From sequence record OR352946.1: a stretch of DNA of 64,000 nucleotides; one strand, written 5' to 3'. The DNA comes from Escherichia phage AV116. Numbering within the stretch: position 1 is the first letter of the stretch; every line of letters begins with the position of its first letter. Made by a program: the position numbers and the translations under genes. The notes beneath the pieces are model-generated. The model was not told the origin of the DNA. It saw only the letters and a list, made by a program, of their open reading frames with translations, and did not search any database. Of this stretch, positions 20,864-32,266 are shown piece after piece.

Positions 20864-21110
20864 AAAGCTCGACTACCTCTTCGTTTTCAGCTTCAAATTG
20901 GTCACGAGCGTCTTTATGATAAAGAGCTAACAAACGATTAAACATTTTTCCATCGACGCCAAGCTCTTCTTTAGCACGAGTACGAATGTCTTTAATCAGT
21001 TCATTATAACCAGAAATTTTAAGTTTGTTATCGGAAGCTTCTTTGACTAGTTTAGCCAGTTCTTCACCATGCACATCTTGATTAAATTCAACTGCTTCTT
21101 TCTTAGCCAT
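20841..21110 (-). CDS. dsbA: dsDNA-binding protein DsbA (late transcription enhancer); start taken at MAKKEAV
   Basis: MAKKEAVEFNQDVHGEELAKLVKEASDNKLKISGYNELIKD... matches recalled T4 DsbA (89 aa). Confidence 0.75.
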   Translation of the reverse strand: MAKKEAVEFNQDVHGEELAKLVKEASDNKLKISGYNELIKDIRTRAKEELGVDGKMFNRLLALYHKDARDQFEAENEEVVELYDTVFTK

Positions 21111-21117
21111 GTTTACC

Positions 21118-22035
21118 TCAGAATTCATTAATTACACTTGTTAATTTAGAAAGACCAGATTTTACAAAGTATGAATAAATCTTGCCTTTAGGTTGTGGTT
21201 TATATGAGTTATAATACTCTATAATGGTTGAAGCAATATTATCAGGGATATAATCAAAATCAATGAGAACCAAATTTTCTTGATACCGTTTATATTCTTC
21301 TGCACTTAATAATACTTCAGCTTGAGAACGGTCATTAGCAATTGCTTCAATAATCGTTGTTTTCATGCTCGGAGTTCGTTCACCATCAACTCTGGTAAAC
21401 CAGAAGTCACCACGAACTCGAACAGATGCAACGCCGTCTTTACGGTCACCTTTAAGAATTTTAGTCATGCAATCAATTTCAGCAGAACCGTTCTTAATTT
21501 TAACCCATTTTTTCTGTGGTGGCGACCACTGTTTAACGTTAGGATATTTGTGTAATTGTGTAAAGTCACCATCTGATGCAACAATACATACCTTATGACC
21601 GGCTAATGACAAATATTTAGTTAATACACCGATATGGTCATCCGCTTCATACTTGTCAATATCCATTACAACGTATGGCATGTATTTCTTAATCTCATCA
21701 ACAACTTGATGGAGTGCAGTAAAATATCCTTCCCAATCCCACTTTGAAGCTTCACGATCGGTTTTACGATTTTTCTTGTAATAGTAAGCAAAATCACGTC
21801 GCCAATAACCTGAAGTAGCATTATCCATACACAATACAAATTTTGTATAGCCTTGCTTACGGAACATCACTACGTTTTTACGAATTGAATTCAAGATTAC
21901 ATGGCGAACCATCGGAACAGTAATTTTATCGCCGTCTTCAAAGTTGTTTAATGCGGCTGCCAATGCAATGTTACTAAAGTCGGCAAGTGCAATACCTTCT
22001 TTGTAATCTTCATCCAACATCATTTCTAAATCCAT
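21118..22035 (-). CDS. rnh: RNase H (5'-3' exonuclease, FEN family)
   Basis: 305 aa, same as T4 RNase H; MDLEMMLDEDYKEG... and C-terminal ...KIYSYFVKSGLSKLTSVINEF match. Confidence 0.9.
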   Translation of the reverse strand: MDLEMMLDEDYKEGIALADFSNIALAAALNNFEDGDKITVPMVRHVILNSIRKNVVMFRKQGYTKFVLCMDNATSGYWRRDFAYYYKKNRKTDREASKWDWEGYFTALHQVVDEIKKYMPYVVMDIDKYEADDHIGVLTKYLSLAGHKVCIVASDGDFTQLHKYPNVKQWSPPQKKWVKIKNGSAEIDCMTKILKGDRKDGVASVRVRGDFWFTRVDGERTPSMKTTIIEAIANDRSQAEVLLSAEEYKRYQENLVLIDFDYIPDNIASTIIEYYNSYKPQPKGKIYSYFVKSGLSKLTSVINEF

Positions 22036-22063
22036 ATGAACCTCTTGTTCAGTTAGTCAACTT

Positions 22064-22097
22064 GTCTATAGTAACACACTCATTTGAAAGCGTAAAC
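22064..22097 (-). promoter_or_regulatory. T4-type early promoter (upstream of rnh)
   Basis: GTTTACGCTTTCAAATGAGTGTGTTACTATAGAC on the minus strand; back-to-back with the gene 34 late promoter. Confidence 0.55.
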
Positions 22098-22100
22098 TGG

Positions 22101-22108
22101 TATAAATA
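22101..22108 (+). promoter_or_regulatory. late promoter TATAAATA for gene 34
   Basis: Exact TATAAATA about 30 nt upstream of the gene 34 ATG. Confidence 0.65.
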
Positions 22109-22138
22109 AGTATTATTGAAACAATAAAGGAAAAACGA

Positions 22139-25100
22139 ATGGCCGACATCAAACGTAAGTTCAGAGCCGAAGACGGTCTGGACGCCGGTGGCGACAAGAT
22201 TGTTAACGTAGCATTAGCCGACCGTACAGTAGGTACTGATGGCGTAAACGTTGACTTCCTGGTACAAGAAAACACCGTTCAAGTATATGATTCTACGCGT
22301 GGATATAACAAAGGATTTGTTGTTCTTTATGACAACCGTTTATATCAAGCAATAAATGATATCGTGTCTCCTTCCGGGGCATTTAACCTTTTACAATGGC
22401 GTGCAGTTCGTACCGATGCACAATGGATAACTGTCGCTTCTGGGACTTATCAACTTTCTTCGGGTGAATCGATTTCGGTTAACACTGGTGCCGGCAATGA
22501 TATGGTTTTCACGTTGCCAAATACTCCTGTTGATGGTGATACTGTTGTTTTGGCTGATATTGGTGGAAGAACCGGGACAGTTAAAGTACAGATTAACGCG
22601 TCTGTACAGAGTATTTTAAACTTTAGAGGTGAACAAGTTCGTACGGTTTTAATGACGCGTCCGCGTTCACAACTATTGTTTGTGTTTAGTAATCGTTTGT
22701 GGCAGATGTATATTACCGATTATGGTAAAGAATCAATCACTGTTACACCTGCGACACCATATCAAGCACAAGCAAATGATTTTATCGTTCGTCGTTTTAC
22801 TAGTGCAGCACCAATCAACATTACACTTCCACGTAATGCTAACAATGGTGATATAATCCACCTAGTTGATTTAGATAAATTAAACCCACTGTATCATACA
22901 ATTGTTAAAACATTTGATGATACAACGTCTATTGGTGAAGTCGGGACTCATATTGCCGAAGGCAGAAATGACTCTGACGCGTTTTTTGTTTTTGATGCTG
23001 CAAATAGTTTATGGCGTATATGGGAAGGCGACCAGAAATCGCGTCTTCGTATTATCCGTGCGGATTCAAATATTCGTCCAAATGAAGAAGTTCTTATTTT
23101 TGGCACAAATAACGCTACAACCGGAACTATTAATCTTACGCTGCCTTCCGGAATTTTGTGTGGTGACACTGTTAAAATTTCAATGAACTACATGCGTAAA
23201 GGACAAACAGTAAAAATTAAAGCTGCCGAAGGTGATACAATTGCTTCTTCTGTTGCATTGCTTCAGTTCCCTAAACGTTCTGAATATCCACCTGATGCTC
23301 AATGGGTCTCTGTTACTGAACTAGAATTCAATGGCACTACTTCATATGTTCCTGTATTAGAATTAGCGTATATCGAAGACACCGTTGCTGGTACACGTTA
23401 TTGGGTTGTTCAACAAAACGTCCCAACTGTAGAACGTGTTGATGCTGGAACTGATGCTACACGAGCTCGTTTAGGTGTTATTGCTCTTGCTACTCAAGCG
23501 CAAGCAAATGTTGATTTAGAGAATACTCCAGCTAAAGAAGTGGCTATTACTCCTGAAACGTTGGCAAATCGTACAGCAACTGAAGCTCGACGTGGTATCG
23601 CTAAAATTGCTACAACAGCACAAGTTAACCAGAATTCCACAGCATCATTTGTGGACGATACTATTGTTACGCCTAAAAAACTAAATGAGCGTACAGCAAC
23701 TGAAACTCGTCGCGGTCTTGCAGAAATTGCTACTCAGGCCGAAACCGATGCTGGTCTTGATGACACAACGATTATTACACCTAAGAAATTGCAGGCACGT
23801 CAGGGTTCTGAAACACTATCGGGTATAGTTAAATATGTATCAACTACTTCTGCTACTCCTGCTGAAACTCGTGGGGCTGCAGGCACTAACGTTTATAATA
23901 AAACCGTAAATAATTTAACTATTTCTCCTAAAGCCCTTGACCAATATAAAGCAACTTATGCTCAACAAGGTGCAGTAATTTTAGCTGTTGAAAGTGAAGT
24001 AATTGCTGGTCAATCCCAAGCAGGTTATTCTCACGCTGTAGTAACTCCTGAAACACTACATAAGAAAACTTCTACTGATGGACGTATTGGTTTAATTGAA
24101 ATTGCTACGCAAGCAGAAACTAATGCTGGGACTGATTATACACGTGCAGTAACGCCTAAGACGTTAAATGATAGGAAAGCTACGGAAGGATTATCCGGCA
24201 TAGCCGAACTTGCTACGCAAGTCGAATTTGATACTGGAACTGATGATACTCGTATCTCGACTCCACTGAAAATTAAAACTCATTTTGATTCTTCTGACCG
24301 TACCAGTGTTAATTCTGATTCCGGACTTATTGAAGAAGGAACCTTGTGGAACCATTATACTCTTGATATTTCTAAAGCAAATGAAACACAACGTGGTACA
24401 CTTCGCGTAGCGACCCAGGCAGAATCTAATGCAGGAACTTTAGATGATGTTCTTATTACTCCTAAAAAGCTTTTAGGGACTAAGTCCACTGAAACGTCTG
24501 AAGGCGTAATTAAGGTTGCTACTCAGGCTGAAACTGTAACAGGAACTTCTGCTAATACTGCTGTATCTCCTAAGAATTTAAAATGGATTGTCCAGAAAGA
24601 ACCAACATGGGCTGCTACTACAGCAATTCGCGGATTCGTTAAAACTTCATCCGGTTCTATTACATTCGTTGGTAATGATACAGTCGGTTCTACCCAAGAT
24701 TTAGAACTGTATGAGAAAAATAGCTATGCAGTATCACCATATGAATTAAACCGTGTATTGGCAAATTATTTGCCGTTAAAAGCAAAAGCCGTAGATAGTA
24801 ATTTATTGGATGGTCTAGATTCATCTCAGTTCATTCGTAGGGACATCGCCCAGTCAGTTAATGGTTCACTAACCTTAACCCAACAAACGAATCTGAGTGC
24901 CCCTCTTGTATCATCTAGTACTGCTACGTTTGGTGGTTCAGTTTCGGCAAATAGTACATTAACTATTTCTAACTCTGGAACAGCTACTCGTCTGATTTTT
25001 GAAAAAGGACCTCAGTCCGGAACTAACCCAACACAGACGATGACTATCAGAGTTTGGGGAAATGAATTTGGTGGTGGTTCAGATACAACACGTTCTACTG

Positions 25101-26014
25101 TATTTGAAGTCGGTGATGAAACATCTAATCACTTTTATTCTCAACGTAATAAAGCCGGGAATATAACGTTTAGTATCAATGGTACTGTGATGCCAATAAA
25201 TGTTAACGCTTCAGGCACGTTAAATGCGAATGGTGTAGCAACATTTGGTCGTTCAGTTACAGCCAATGGTGAATTCATTAGCAAGTCTGCAAATGCTTTT
25301 AGAGCAATAAACGGTGATTATGGATTCTTTATTCGTAATGATGCCTCTAATACCTATTTTTTGCTCACTGCAGCCGGTGATCAGACTGGTGGTTTTAATG
25401 GATTACGCCCATTATTAATTAATAATCAATCCGGACAGATTACAATTGGTGAAGGCTTAATCATCGCCAAAGGTGTTACTATAAATTCAGGCGGTTTGAC
25501 TGTTAACTCGAGAATTCGTTCTCAGGGTATTAAAACATCTGATTTATATACTCGTGCGCCAACATCTGATACTGTAGGATTCTGGTCAATCGATATTAAC
25601 GATTCAGCCACTTATAACCAGTTCCCGGGTTATTTTAAAATGGTTGAAAAAACTAATGAAGTGACTGGGCTTCCATACTTAGAACGTGGCGAAGAAGTTA
25701 AATCTCCTGGTACATTGACTCAGTTTGGTAATACACTTGATTCACTTTACCAAGATTGGATTACTTATCCAACAACTCCAGAAGCACGTACAACCCGTTG
25801 GACTCGTACATGGCAGAAAACTAAAAATTCTTGGTCAAGTTTTGTTCAGGTATTTGATGGTGGAAACCCTCCTCAACCTTCTGATATTGGTGCTTTACCT
25901 TCTGATAATGCAACAATCGGAAACTTGACAATAAGGGATTTCTTAAGGATTGGTAATGTCCGCATTATTCCAGACCCTGTGAATAAATCTGTTAAATTCG
26001 AGTGGATTGAATAA
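22139..26014 (+). CDS. 34: long tail fibre proximal subunit gp34
   Basis: 1291 aa (T4 gp34 about 1289); preceded by TATAAATA late promoter and RBS; first gene of the 34-38 block. Confidence 0.85.
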   Translation: MADIKRKFRAEDGLDAGGDKIVNVALADRTVGTDGVNVDFLVQENTVQVYDSTRGYNKGFVVLYDNRLYQAINDIVSPSGAFNLLQWRAVRTDAQWITVASGTYQLSSGESISVNTGAGNDMVFTLPNTPVDGDTVVLADIGGRTGTVKVQINASVQSILNFRGEQVRTVLMTRPRSQLLFVFSNRLWQMYITDYGKESITVTPATPYQAQANDFIVRRFTSAAPINITLPRNANNGDIIHLVDLDKLNPLYHTIVKTFDDTTSIGEVGTHIAEGRNDSDAFFVFDAANSLWRIWEGDQKSRLRIIRADSNIRPNEEVLIFGTNNATTGTINLTLPSGILCGDTVKISMNYMRKGQTVKIKAAEGDTIASSVALLQFPKRSEYPPDAQWVSVTELEFNGTTSYVPVLELAYIEDTVAGTRYWVVQQNVPTVERVDAGTDATRARLGVIALATQAQANVDLENTPAKEVAITPETLANRTATEARRGIAKIATTAQVNQNSTASFVDDTIVTPKKLNERTATETRRGLAEIATQAETDAGLDDTTIITPKKLQARQGSETLSGIVKYVSTTSATPAETRGAAGTNVYNKTVNNLTISPKALDQYKATYAQQGAVILAVESEVIAGQSQAGYSHAVVTPETLHKKTSTDGRIGLIEIATQAETNAGTDYTRAVTPKTLNDRKATEGLSGIAELATQVEFDTGTDDTRISTPLKIKTHFDSSDRTSVNSDSGLIEEGTLWNHYTLDISKANETQRGTLRVATQAESNAGTLDDVLITPKKLLGTKSTETSEGVIKVATQAETVTGTSANTAVSPKNLKWIVQKEPTWAATTAIRGFVKTSSGSITFVGNDTVGSTQDLELYEKNSYAVSPYELNRVLANYLPLKAKAVDSNLLDGLDSSQFIRRDIAQSVNGSLTLTQQTNLSAPLVSSSTATFGGSVSANSTLTISNSGTATRLIFEKGPQSGTNPTQTMTIRVWGNEFGGGSDTTRSTVFEVGDETSNHFYSQRNKAGNITFSINGTVMPINVNASGTLNANGVATFGRSVTANGEFISKSANAFRAINGDYGFFIRNDASNTYFLLTAAGDQTGGFNGLRPLLINNQSGQITIGEGLIIAKGVTINSGGLTVNSRIRSQGIKTSDLYTRAPTSDTVGFWSIDINDSATYNQFPGYFKMVEKTNEVTGLPYLERGEEVKSPGTLTQFGNTLDSLYQDWITYPTTPEARTTRWTRTWQKTKNSWSSFVQVFDGGNPPQPSDIGALPSDNATIGNLTIRDFLRIGNVRIIPDPVNKSVKFEWIE

Positions 26015-26022
26015 GAGGTATT

Positions 26023-27150
26023 ATGGAAAAATTTATGGCTAAGTTTGGACAAGGATACGTCCAAACGCCATTTTTATCGGAAAGCAATTCAGTACGGTTT
26101 AAATTAAGCATAGCGGGCTCTTGCCCGCTATCAACATCTCCTGCTTATATTAAGTTCCAGGATAATCCGCTTGGGTCCCAGGTTTTTTCCGTTGGATTAA
26201 ACGTTCGTGTAATAAATCCTACAACAGGTGCAGTAGTTGAATCTAAGTCATATAATTTCTCTACTGAAAACGACGCCACGTCAAGTGCATTTGTTACTTT
26301 CATGGACACATATGCTTCTAATTTTATATTTGCTCTTGTTACTAACGCTAAGACAAACTTTCCACCAGAAGTTCTCACATGGTTTACTAAAGCTGGGAGT
26401 TCTGTTATTCCATTAGCTCAACAAGTTTTAAATATAGTGGACATTTCTTATTCTGCATTTTATATTTCTGGTAAGAATGCTATAGCACTAGAACATATTA
26501 AGTATAGTAATAAGAAAACTTCAACCGACTATAGTACACCACTTGATGTTGTGTACGACACTATCGATGATATTGGTGCTACCGGCTTCCCTAGTCGTAC
26601 GTACGAATCGACAGACACATTTTTATCTGCCATTGGAGGTACTAATAATGAAATTAAAAGGATGCCTACAACATCCATTATTACACCTCTCGCTGGGTAT
26701 AAATTGAAGCCTGGAGATTTCCTTTATATGAAATTCCAACTAATGGCCGATGCTGATTTGTTAGCACAAGGGACGACACGACTCTCTATTCGTTTCTTTA
26801 AATCTCCTTCTACTTCACCTATTTCATTTAAGGATATAAACTTTGATGGGGCTGCAGGTGAATGGAAGATATATGAAGACTACATAGAAATTCCTGCTGG
26901 TGCTGACGGGTTCACGATTTATTGTTATCGTACAGCTCCAGTCGGGCAAGGTGGATTAAGAAACGTTATATTCACTGAAGTATCATGTAATGGAAGCGTT
27001 TCAAAACCTGCTGAGTTTGGTATAAATGGTATTCGTGTAAATTATGTTTCAGAATCTTTAAGTGCCCCAGACATAATGACATTACCTACTCAATCTTCAA
27101 CTGATACCGGTAAGGTATTTGGACAAGAATTTAAAGAAGCATCAGAATAA
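26023..27150 (+). CDS. 35: long tail fibre hinge protein gp35
   Basis: 375 aa at the gp35 position, followed by terminator hairpin. Confidence 0.75.
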   Translation: MEKFMAKFGQGYVQTPFLSESNSVRFKLSIAGSCPLSTSPAYIKFQDNPLGSQVFSVGLNVRVINPTTGAVVESKSYNFSTENDATSSAFVTFMDTYASNFIFALVTNAKTNFPPEVLTWFTKAGSSVIPLAQQVLNIVDISYSAFYISGKNAIALEHIKYSNKKTSTDYSTPLDVVYDTIDDIGATGFPSRTYESTDTFLSAIGGTNNEIKRMPTTSIITPLAGYKLKPGDFLYMKFQLMADADLLAQGTTRLSIRFFKSPSTSPISFKDINFDGAAGEWKIYEDYIEIPAGADGFTIYCYRTAPVGQGGLRNVIFTEVSCNGSVSKPAEFGINGIRVNYVSESLSAPDIMTLPTQSSTDTGKVFGQEFKEASE

Positions 27151-27155
27151 ATTTA

Positions 27156-27180
27156 GGGAGACCGAAGTCTCCCATTTTTG
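27156..27180 (+). terminator. intrinsic terminator downstream of gene 35
   Basis: GGGAGACCGAAGTCTCCC hairpin followed by ATTTTT on the plus strand. Confidence 0.7.
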
Positions 27181-27188
27181 TATAAATA
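27181..27188 (+). promoter_or_regulatory. late promoter TATAAATA for gene 36
   Basis: Exact TATAAATA between the gp35 terminator and the gp36 RBS. Confidence 0.65.
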
Positions 27189-27212
27189 TGGTATACATAT
27201 AAGGAGACAACT

Positions 27213-27875
27213 ATGGCCGATTTAAAAGCTGGTAGTACAACTGGCGGTGCCGTTATATGGCATCAAGGTAATTTCCCTTTAATGCCAGCAGGTGATGACG
27301 TCCTGTATAAAACGTTTAAACTCTATTCAGAATATAATAAACCACAAGCTGCTGATAATGATTTCGTTTCTAAAGCTAATGGTGGTACTTACGCTGCAAC
27401 TGTTCGATTTAACGGAGGCGTACATGTTCCTACTGTAGGTAGTAGTCAACAGTGTGGTGTTTATCCAGGTAACGGTGATGCAGCTACTTTTGATATGGCA
27501 AATATTGACATCGTTTCGTGGAATGGTATTGGTTTTAAGTCATCACAAGGTTCAGCAGACCGAACTGTTGTTATTAACGCTCGTAATGGTGATATTAGTA
27601 CAAAAGGCGTTGTGACAGCAGTAGGTCAAGTAAGAAGCGATGCGACTTCTCCTATAGCAGCGAATGATCTCACAAGAAAAGATTATGTTGATGGACGAAT
27701 AAATATTGTTACGGATAACGCAAATTCCCGTGTATTGCGTAAAGGCGATACCATGACTGGTACTTTAACAGCACCAAACTTTTTCTCACAGAATCCGGCG
27801 TCTGAGGCTAATCATGTTCCTCGTTTCGACCAGATTGTAATTAAAGATTCTGTTCAAGATTTCGGCTATTATTAA
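27213..27875 (+). CDS. 36: long tail fibre distal connector gp36
   Basis: 220 aa; own TATAAATA late promoter at 27181..27188. Confidence 0.75.
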   Translation: MADLKAGSTTGGAVIWHQGNFPLMPAGDDVLYKTFKLYSEYNKPQAADNDFVSKANGGTYAATVRFNGGVHVPTVGSSQQCGVYPGNGDAATFDMANIDIVSWNGIGFKSSQGSADRTVVINARNGDISTKGVVTAVGQVRSDATSPIAANDLTRKDYVDGRINIVTDNANSRVLRKGDTMTGTLTAPNFFSQNPASEANHVPRFDQIVIKDSVQDFGYY

Positions 27876-27883
27876 GAGGACTT

Positions 27884-30800
27884 ATGGCTACTTTAAAACA
27901 AATACAATTTAAAAGAAGCAAAACCGCAGGTGCACGTCCTGCTGCTTCAGTATTAGCCGAAGGTGAATTGGCTATAAACTTAAAAGATAGAACACTTTTT
28001 ACTAAAGATGATTCAGGAAATATCATTGATTTAAGCATTTCTGCTGGTGGTAATATCAGTGGAAACGTGACTATTGATGGAACTTTACGCGTCAATGGAC
28101 CAATAAACAATTTTGGAAATTTTTCCACAAGTGGCCAGATTACCGCTGGTAGTAGTATTTCAGCTCAAGTTTTTAGAGCATTGCAAGGTTCGTTTTATTC
28201 AAGAGCTTCAACCGGTGAAACAGCAAATGCCCATTTATGGTTTGAAAATGCCGATGGCACTGAACGAGGCGTTATATATGCTCGTCCTCAAACTACAACT
28301 GATGGTGAAATACGTCTTAGAGTTAGACAAGGAACAGGAAGCACCGTTAATAGCGAATTCTATTTCCGTTCTATAAACGGCGGTGAATTTCAAGCCAACC
28401 GTATTTTAGCATCAGATTCGTTAGTAACTAAACGCATTGCAGCTGATACAGTTATCCACGGTGGCAAAGCCTTTGGTGTATATGATACAGATTCATTAGT
28501 TAATTATGTATATCCAGGCACCGGCGAAACGAATGGTGTAAACTATCTTCGTAAAGTGCGAGCTAAATCCGGTGGTACAATGTATCATGAAATTGTTACT
28601 GCACAAACAGACCAGGCTGATGAAGTTTCTTGGTGGACTGGTAATACACCATCATTTAAATTATATGGTATTCGTAATGACGGCCGAATGATCGTCCGCA
28701 ATAGCATAGCCATCGGGACCGTGACTGCAGGATACCCGTCAAGCGACTATGGTAATGGTGCCGCTTTAGGATTCGGTGTTTATTTAGCTCTAGGCGATAA
28801 CGGGACGGGGCTATCATACAAAAAAACCGGTGTTTATGATTTAGTTGGTTCAGGGAATTCTGTCGCATCTATTACTCCTGATAGTTTCCGTAGTACCCGT
28901 AAAGCGATTTTTGGTCGTTCCGAGGACCAAGGTACAACATGGATTATGCCTGGAACCAACGCCGCATTTTTATCAGTTCAAACACAGGCTGATGAAAATA
29001 CTGCTGGAGACGGCCAGACGCATATTGGATATAATTCTGGCGGGAAAATGTCCCACTATTTCCGCGGTAAAGGCCAAACCAACATTAATACACAAGAAGG
29101 TATGGAAGTTAACCCTGGTATTTTGAAATTGGTAACTGGTTCTAATAACGTACAGTTTTATGCCGACGGAACAGTATCTTCAATACAAAGAATTAAATTT
29201 GATAACGGATTAGTTCTTACTGGTGCTAGACCCGACGGTATTCAACTTGACGCTCCTACAACAACAGATGGCACTAAAACTATACTGTGGGCCGGTGGTA
29301 CTCGCGAAGGTCAGAATAAAAATTATGTATCTATCAAAGCATGGGGTAATGCCTTTAACGCATCTGGTGATCGTTCCCGTGAAACAGTTTTTGAGGTAGG
29401 TGATGGCCAAGGTTATTATTTTTATGCGCAGCGTGTAGCTCCTGCAACAGGTTCGACTATCGGGTCAATTCAACTCCGTATTGGAGGCGCTTTATTAACT
29501 TCTGGTGGTATTACATCGTCTGGTTCTATTGTTACAGAATCTAGCCTGGTTGCAAATAACGGAATGTCTGTAAACGGCCAGGCTAAATTTGGCGGAACAG
29601 CAAATGCATTGAGAATTTGGAACGCCGAATATGGCGCTATTTTCCGTCGTTCAGAAACAGCATTGCACATTATTCCTACTCTTAAAGACCAAGGAGAAAA
29701 TGGTGAAATAGGTAATCTTCGTCCATTGAGCATCTCACTTCATAACGGTATGGTTCAAATGCGTCATTCTGTCACGTTAGGCGATGATGGTGCCGGCGGT
29801 AATATGATTACTGTAGACAACGATAACAAACTTGTTGTTGTTACTAGTAATAGTCGAATTTCTCCTAATTTCAGAATGCAGATAGGTCGGTCGGCATACA
29901 TTGATGCAGAATGTACTGATAGAGTACGGCCGGCTGGAGCGGGTTCTTTTGCTTCCCAAAATAATGAAAATGTACGTGCGCCGTTCTATATGAATATTGA
30001 TAGAACTGATATTAGTACATATGTTCCTATTTTTAAACAACGTTATGTTCAAGGAAATAGCTGTTATTCTTTAGGAACTCTAATTAATGGTGGTAACTTT
30101 AGAGTTCATTATCATGAAGGTGGTGATAATGATTCGACGGGCCCTTTAATTAAGAACTTCGCGTGGGAATTCAATAGAACAGGCGATTTTATTTCCCCTG
30201 GTAAATTGGGAGCTGGTACAGTTCGTATTGGTACTGATGGTAATATCACCGGTGGTTCTGGCAACTTTGCTAACTTGAATACCACAATAAATAACCTTAA
30301 GACGGATATTGTCTCAAGTTATCCTATTGGTGCTCCGATTCCTTGGCCTACTGATACACCTCCTGAAGGTTATGCCATCATGGAAGGTCAAACATTTGAT
30401 AAGTCTGCATACCCAAAATTGGCTATGGCTTACCCATCCGGCGTAATTCCTGATATGCGTGGTCAAACTATCAAGGGTAAACCATCTGGGCGTGCTGTAT
30501 TAAGTACAGAAGCAGATGGTGTTAAGTCACATAGCCATAGTGCAAGTGCATCAAGCACAGATTTGGGTACTAAAAACACATCAAGTTTTGATTATGGTAC
30601 TAAAACCTCTTCAAGCTTTGATTATGGTACGAAGACCAGTAATACCACTGGTGCTCATACGCATAGTTTGAGCGGTTCCACAAACACCACCGGTGCGCAT
30701 ACCCACTCAATGCAATTTGTTTCAGGTGGAACCAGCGGTACTCCAGGAAGTGGATCACCTGACTATTCTAAATACAATGCCAACACTTCTTCTGCGGGCG

Positions 30801-31015
30801 CTCATTCGCACTCTATATCTGGTACTGCTGCAAGCGCAGGCGCTCACGCACATACTGTCGGTATTGGTGCCCATACACATACTGTAGGTATAGGTGCTCA
30901 CACTCATACTGTAGCGATTGGTTCTCACGGACATACTATCACTGTAAATAATACAGGTAATACAGAAAACACGGTTAAAAACATTGCTTTTAACTATATC
31001 GTTCGTTTAGCATAA
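27884..31015 (+). CDS. 37: long tail fibre distal subunit / receptor-recognising tip gp37
   Basis: 1043 aa; C-terminal His-x-His boxes ([28 protein letters not shown]) and terminal ...[11 protein letters not shown] as in T4 gp37. Confidence 0.85.
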   Translation: MATLKQIQFKRSKTAGARPAASVLAEGELAINLKDRTLFTKDDSGNIIDLSISAGGNISGNVTIDGTLRVNGPINNFGNFSTSGQITAGSSISAQVFRALQGSFYSRASTGETANAHLWFENADGTERGVIYARPQTTTDGEIRLRVRQGTGSTVNSEFYFRSINGGEFQANRILASDSLVTKRIAADTVIHGGKAFGVYDTDSLVNYVYPGTGETNGVNYLRKVRAKSGGTMYHEIVTAQTDQADEVSWWTGNTPSFKLYGIRNDGRMIVRNSIAIGTVTAGYPSSDYGNGAALGFGVYLALGDNGTGLSYKKTGVYDLVGSGNSVASITPDSFRSTRKAIFGRSEDQGTTWIMPGTNAAFLSVQTQADENTAGDGQTHIGYNSGGKMSHYFRGKGQTNINTQEGMEVNPGILKLVTGSNNVQFYADGTVSSIQRIKFDNGLVLTGARPDGIQLDAPTTTDGTKTILWAGGTREGQNKNYVSIKAWGNAFNASGDRSRETVFEVGDGQGYYFYAQRVAPATGSTIGSIQLRIGGALLTSGGITSSGSIVTESSLVANNGMSVNGQAKFGGTANALRIWNAEYGAIFRRSETALHIIPTLKDQGENGEIGNLRPLSISLHNGMVQMRHSVTLGDDGAGGNMITVDNDNKLVVVTSNSRISPNFRMQIGRSAYIDAECTDRVRPAGAGSFASQNNENVRAPFYMNIDRTDISTYVPIFKQRYVQGNSCYSLGTLINGGNFRVHYHEGGDNDSTGPLIKNFAWEFNRTGDFISPGKLGAGTVRIGTDGNITGGSGNFANLNTTINNLKTDIVSSYPIGAPIPWPTDTPPEGYAIMEGQTFDKSAYPKLAMAYPSGVIPDMRGQTIKGKPSGRAVLSTEADGVKSHSHSASASSTDLGTKNTSSFDYGTKTSSSFDYGTKTSNTTGAHTHSLSGSTNTTGAHTHSMQFVSGGTSGTPGSGSPDYSKYNANTSSAGAHSHSISGTAASAGAHAHTVGIGAHTHTVGIGAHTHTVAIGSHGHTITVNNTGNTENTVKNIAFNYIVRLA
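30560..30960 (+). repeat. in-frame tandem repeats in the gp37 tip region (SFDYGTKT repeat and His-x-His boxes)
   Basis: Near-identical 24-nt unit repeated (TCAAGTTTTGATTATGGTACTAAAAC...), followed by reiterated GGTGCxCAxACxCA units encoding GAHTHT. Confidence 0.7.
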
Positions 31016-31020
31016 GGAGA

Positions 31021-31041
31021 AGGGACTTCGGTCCCTTTTTA
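31021..31041 (+). terminator. intrinsic terminator downstream of gene 37
   Basis: AGGGACTTCGGTCCCT hairpin followed by TTTTT. Confidence 0.7.
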
Positions 31042-31045
31042 TAAT

Positions 31046-31597
31046 ATGAAACTCTATCATTATTATTTTGACACTAAAGAATTTTACAAAGAAGAAAATT
31101 ATAAACCATTAAAAGGCGTAGGATTTCCGGCTCATTCAACACCAAAAAAACCTTTAGACCCTAAAGAAGGTTACGCTGTTGTATTTGACGAACGTGAACA
31201 AGAATGGGTATATATTGAAGACCATCGTGGAAAAACAGTATGGACTTATGATAAGCAAAAAATTGTTATTGACACTCCAGGTGCTCTTCAAAATGTTACT
31301 ACAGAAGAACCTGGTGAATTTGACATTTGGACCGACGACGGGTGGAAGGAAGATGAAGCGTATAAGCGGGTAGTTCAACGTGATAAGAAAATTCATGAAC
31401 TCTATAAATTATTCAGTGTTTTAAGTTCTCTTATTGATGCAGAGGTTGCTAATAGAGAAGAAAAACGAAAATTTAAAGAGCTCAAAAAATTCTTTGCCCT
31501 TTTAGAAAAACATGAACATCTTGGTGGTGAATTCCCTAAATTCCCTGACCTTGAAAACAAATCTATTTTCAAAGCGATTATAAATATCTTTAAGTAA
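31046..31597 (+). CDS. 38: tail fibre assembly chaperone gp38 (T4 type)
   Basis: 183 aa; MKLYHYYFDTKEFYKEENYKP... close match to recalled T4 gp38. Confidence 0.8.
   Translation: MKLYHYYFDTKEFYKEENYKPLKGVGFPAHSTPKKPLDPKEGYAVVFDEREQEWVYIEDHRGKTVWTYDKQKIVIDTPGALQNVTTEEPGEFDIWTDDGWKEDEAYKRVVQRDKKIHELYKLFSVLSSLIDAEVANREEKRKFKELKKFFALLEKHEHLGGEFPKFPDLENKSIFKAIINIFK
31579..31586 (+). promoter_or_regulatory. late promoter TATAAATA for holin gene t
   Basis: Exact TATAAATA about 20 nt upstream of the t ATG, inside the 3' end of gene 38. Confidence 0.6.
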
Positions 31598-31606
31598 GGA
31601 GGTATT

Positions 31607-32266
31607 ATGGCAACACCAAAAGTATCATTTTCACTTAGTGATATTCTATTTGGGTTGCTAGATCGTATTTTCAAAGATAACGCTACTGGAAAGGTTTTAA
31701 TGTCCCGAGTAGCGGTAATTATTCTTTTGTTCCTAATGGCACTAATATGGTACAAAGGAAGTATTTTGCTGGATTATTATGTAAGAGCTAAGTATGATAC
31801 TTATACCGAAATAATCCAAAAAGAACGAGCTTTACGTTTTGAATCTGCGGCTCTAGAACAACTGCAAATAGTTCATATCTCATCTGGTGCAGATTTTAGT
31901 GCTGTGTATTCTTTCAGACCTAAAAACTTAAATTATTTTGTCGACCTTATAGCTTATGAAGGCAAACTACCTAGCACAATTTCTGAAAAGTCCCTTGGCG
32001 GATTCCCAGTGGATAAAACGGCCAATGAATATATAATTCATTTAAGTGGCCGTCATTTCTCATCTAAATCAGAATTTGCATTTTTGCCTACAAAATCTAA
32101 GACTGCCGAACTTTCTTATATGTATAGTTGTCCATACTTTAATTTGGATAACATCTATGCTGGAACTGTGACGATGTATTGGTATAAGGGGAGTAATATA
32201 CTTGAGGAAGATCGCTTAGCGGCTATATGCAACCAAGCGATCCGAATACTAGGAAGGGCTAAATAA
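31607..32266 (+). CDS. t: holin (lysis/lysis-inhibition protein t)
   Basis: 219 aa; single N-terminal TM helix and long periplasmic domain; late promoter TATAAATA at 31579..31586. Confidence 0.85.
   Translation: MATPKVSFSLSDILFGLLDRIFKDNATGKVLMSRVAVIILLFLMALIWYKGSILLDYYVRAKYDTYTEIIQKERALRFESAALEQLQIVHISSGADFSAVYSFRPKNLNYFVDLIAYEGKLPSTISEKSLGGFPVDKTANEYIIHLSGRHFSSKSEFAFLPTKSKTAELSYMYSCPYFNLDNIYAGTVTMYWYKGSNILEEDRLAAICNQAIRILGRAK

Noticed and set aside
22948-23169. Minus-strand ORFs inside the tail-fibre genes (also 22066..22275, 29470..30052, 31154..31755)
   Set aside because: Embedded antisense in the long, well-supported genes 34, 37 and 38; no promoters or RBS
30583-30640. Possible CRISPR-like tandem repeat
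   Set aside because: Only two to three in-frame copies of a 24-nt unit inside gp37 coding sequence with no spacers of unique sequence; this is a protein repeat, not a CRISPR array
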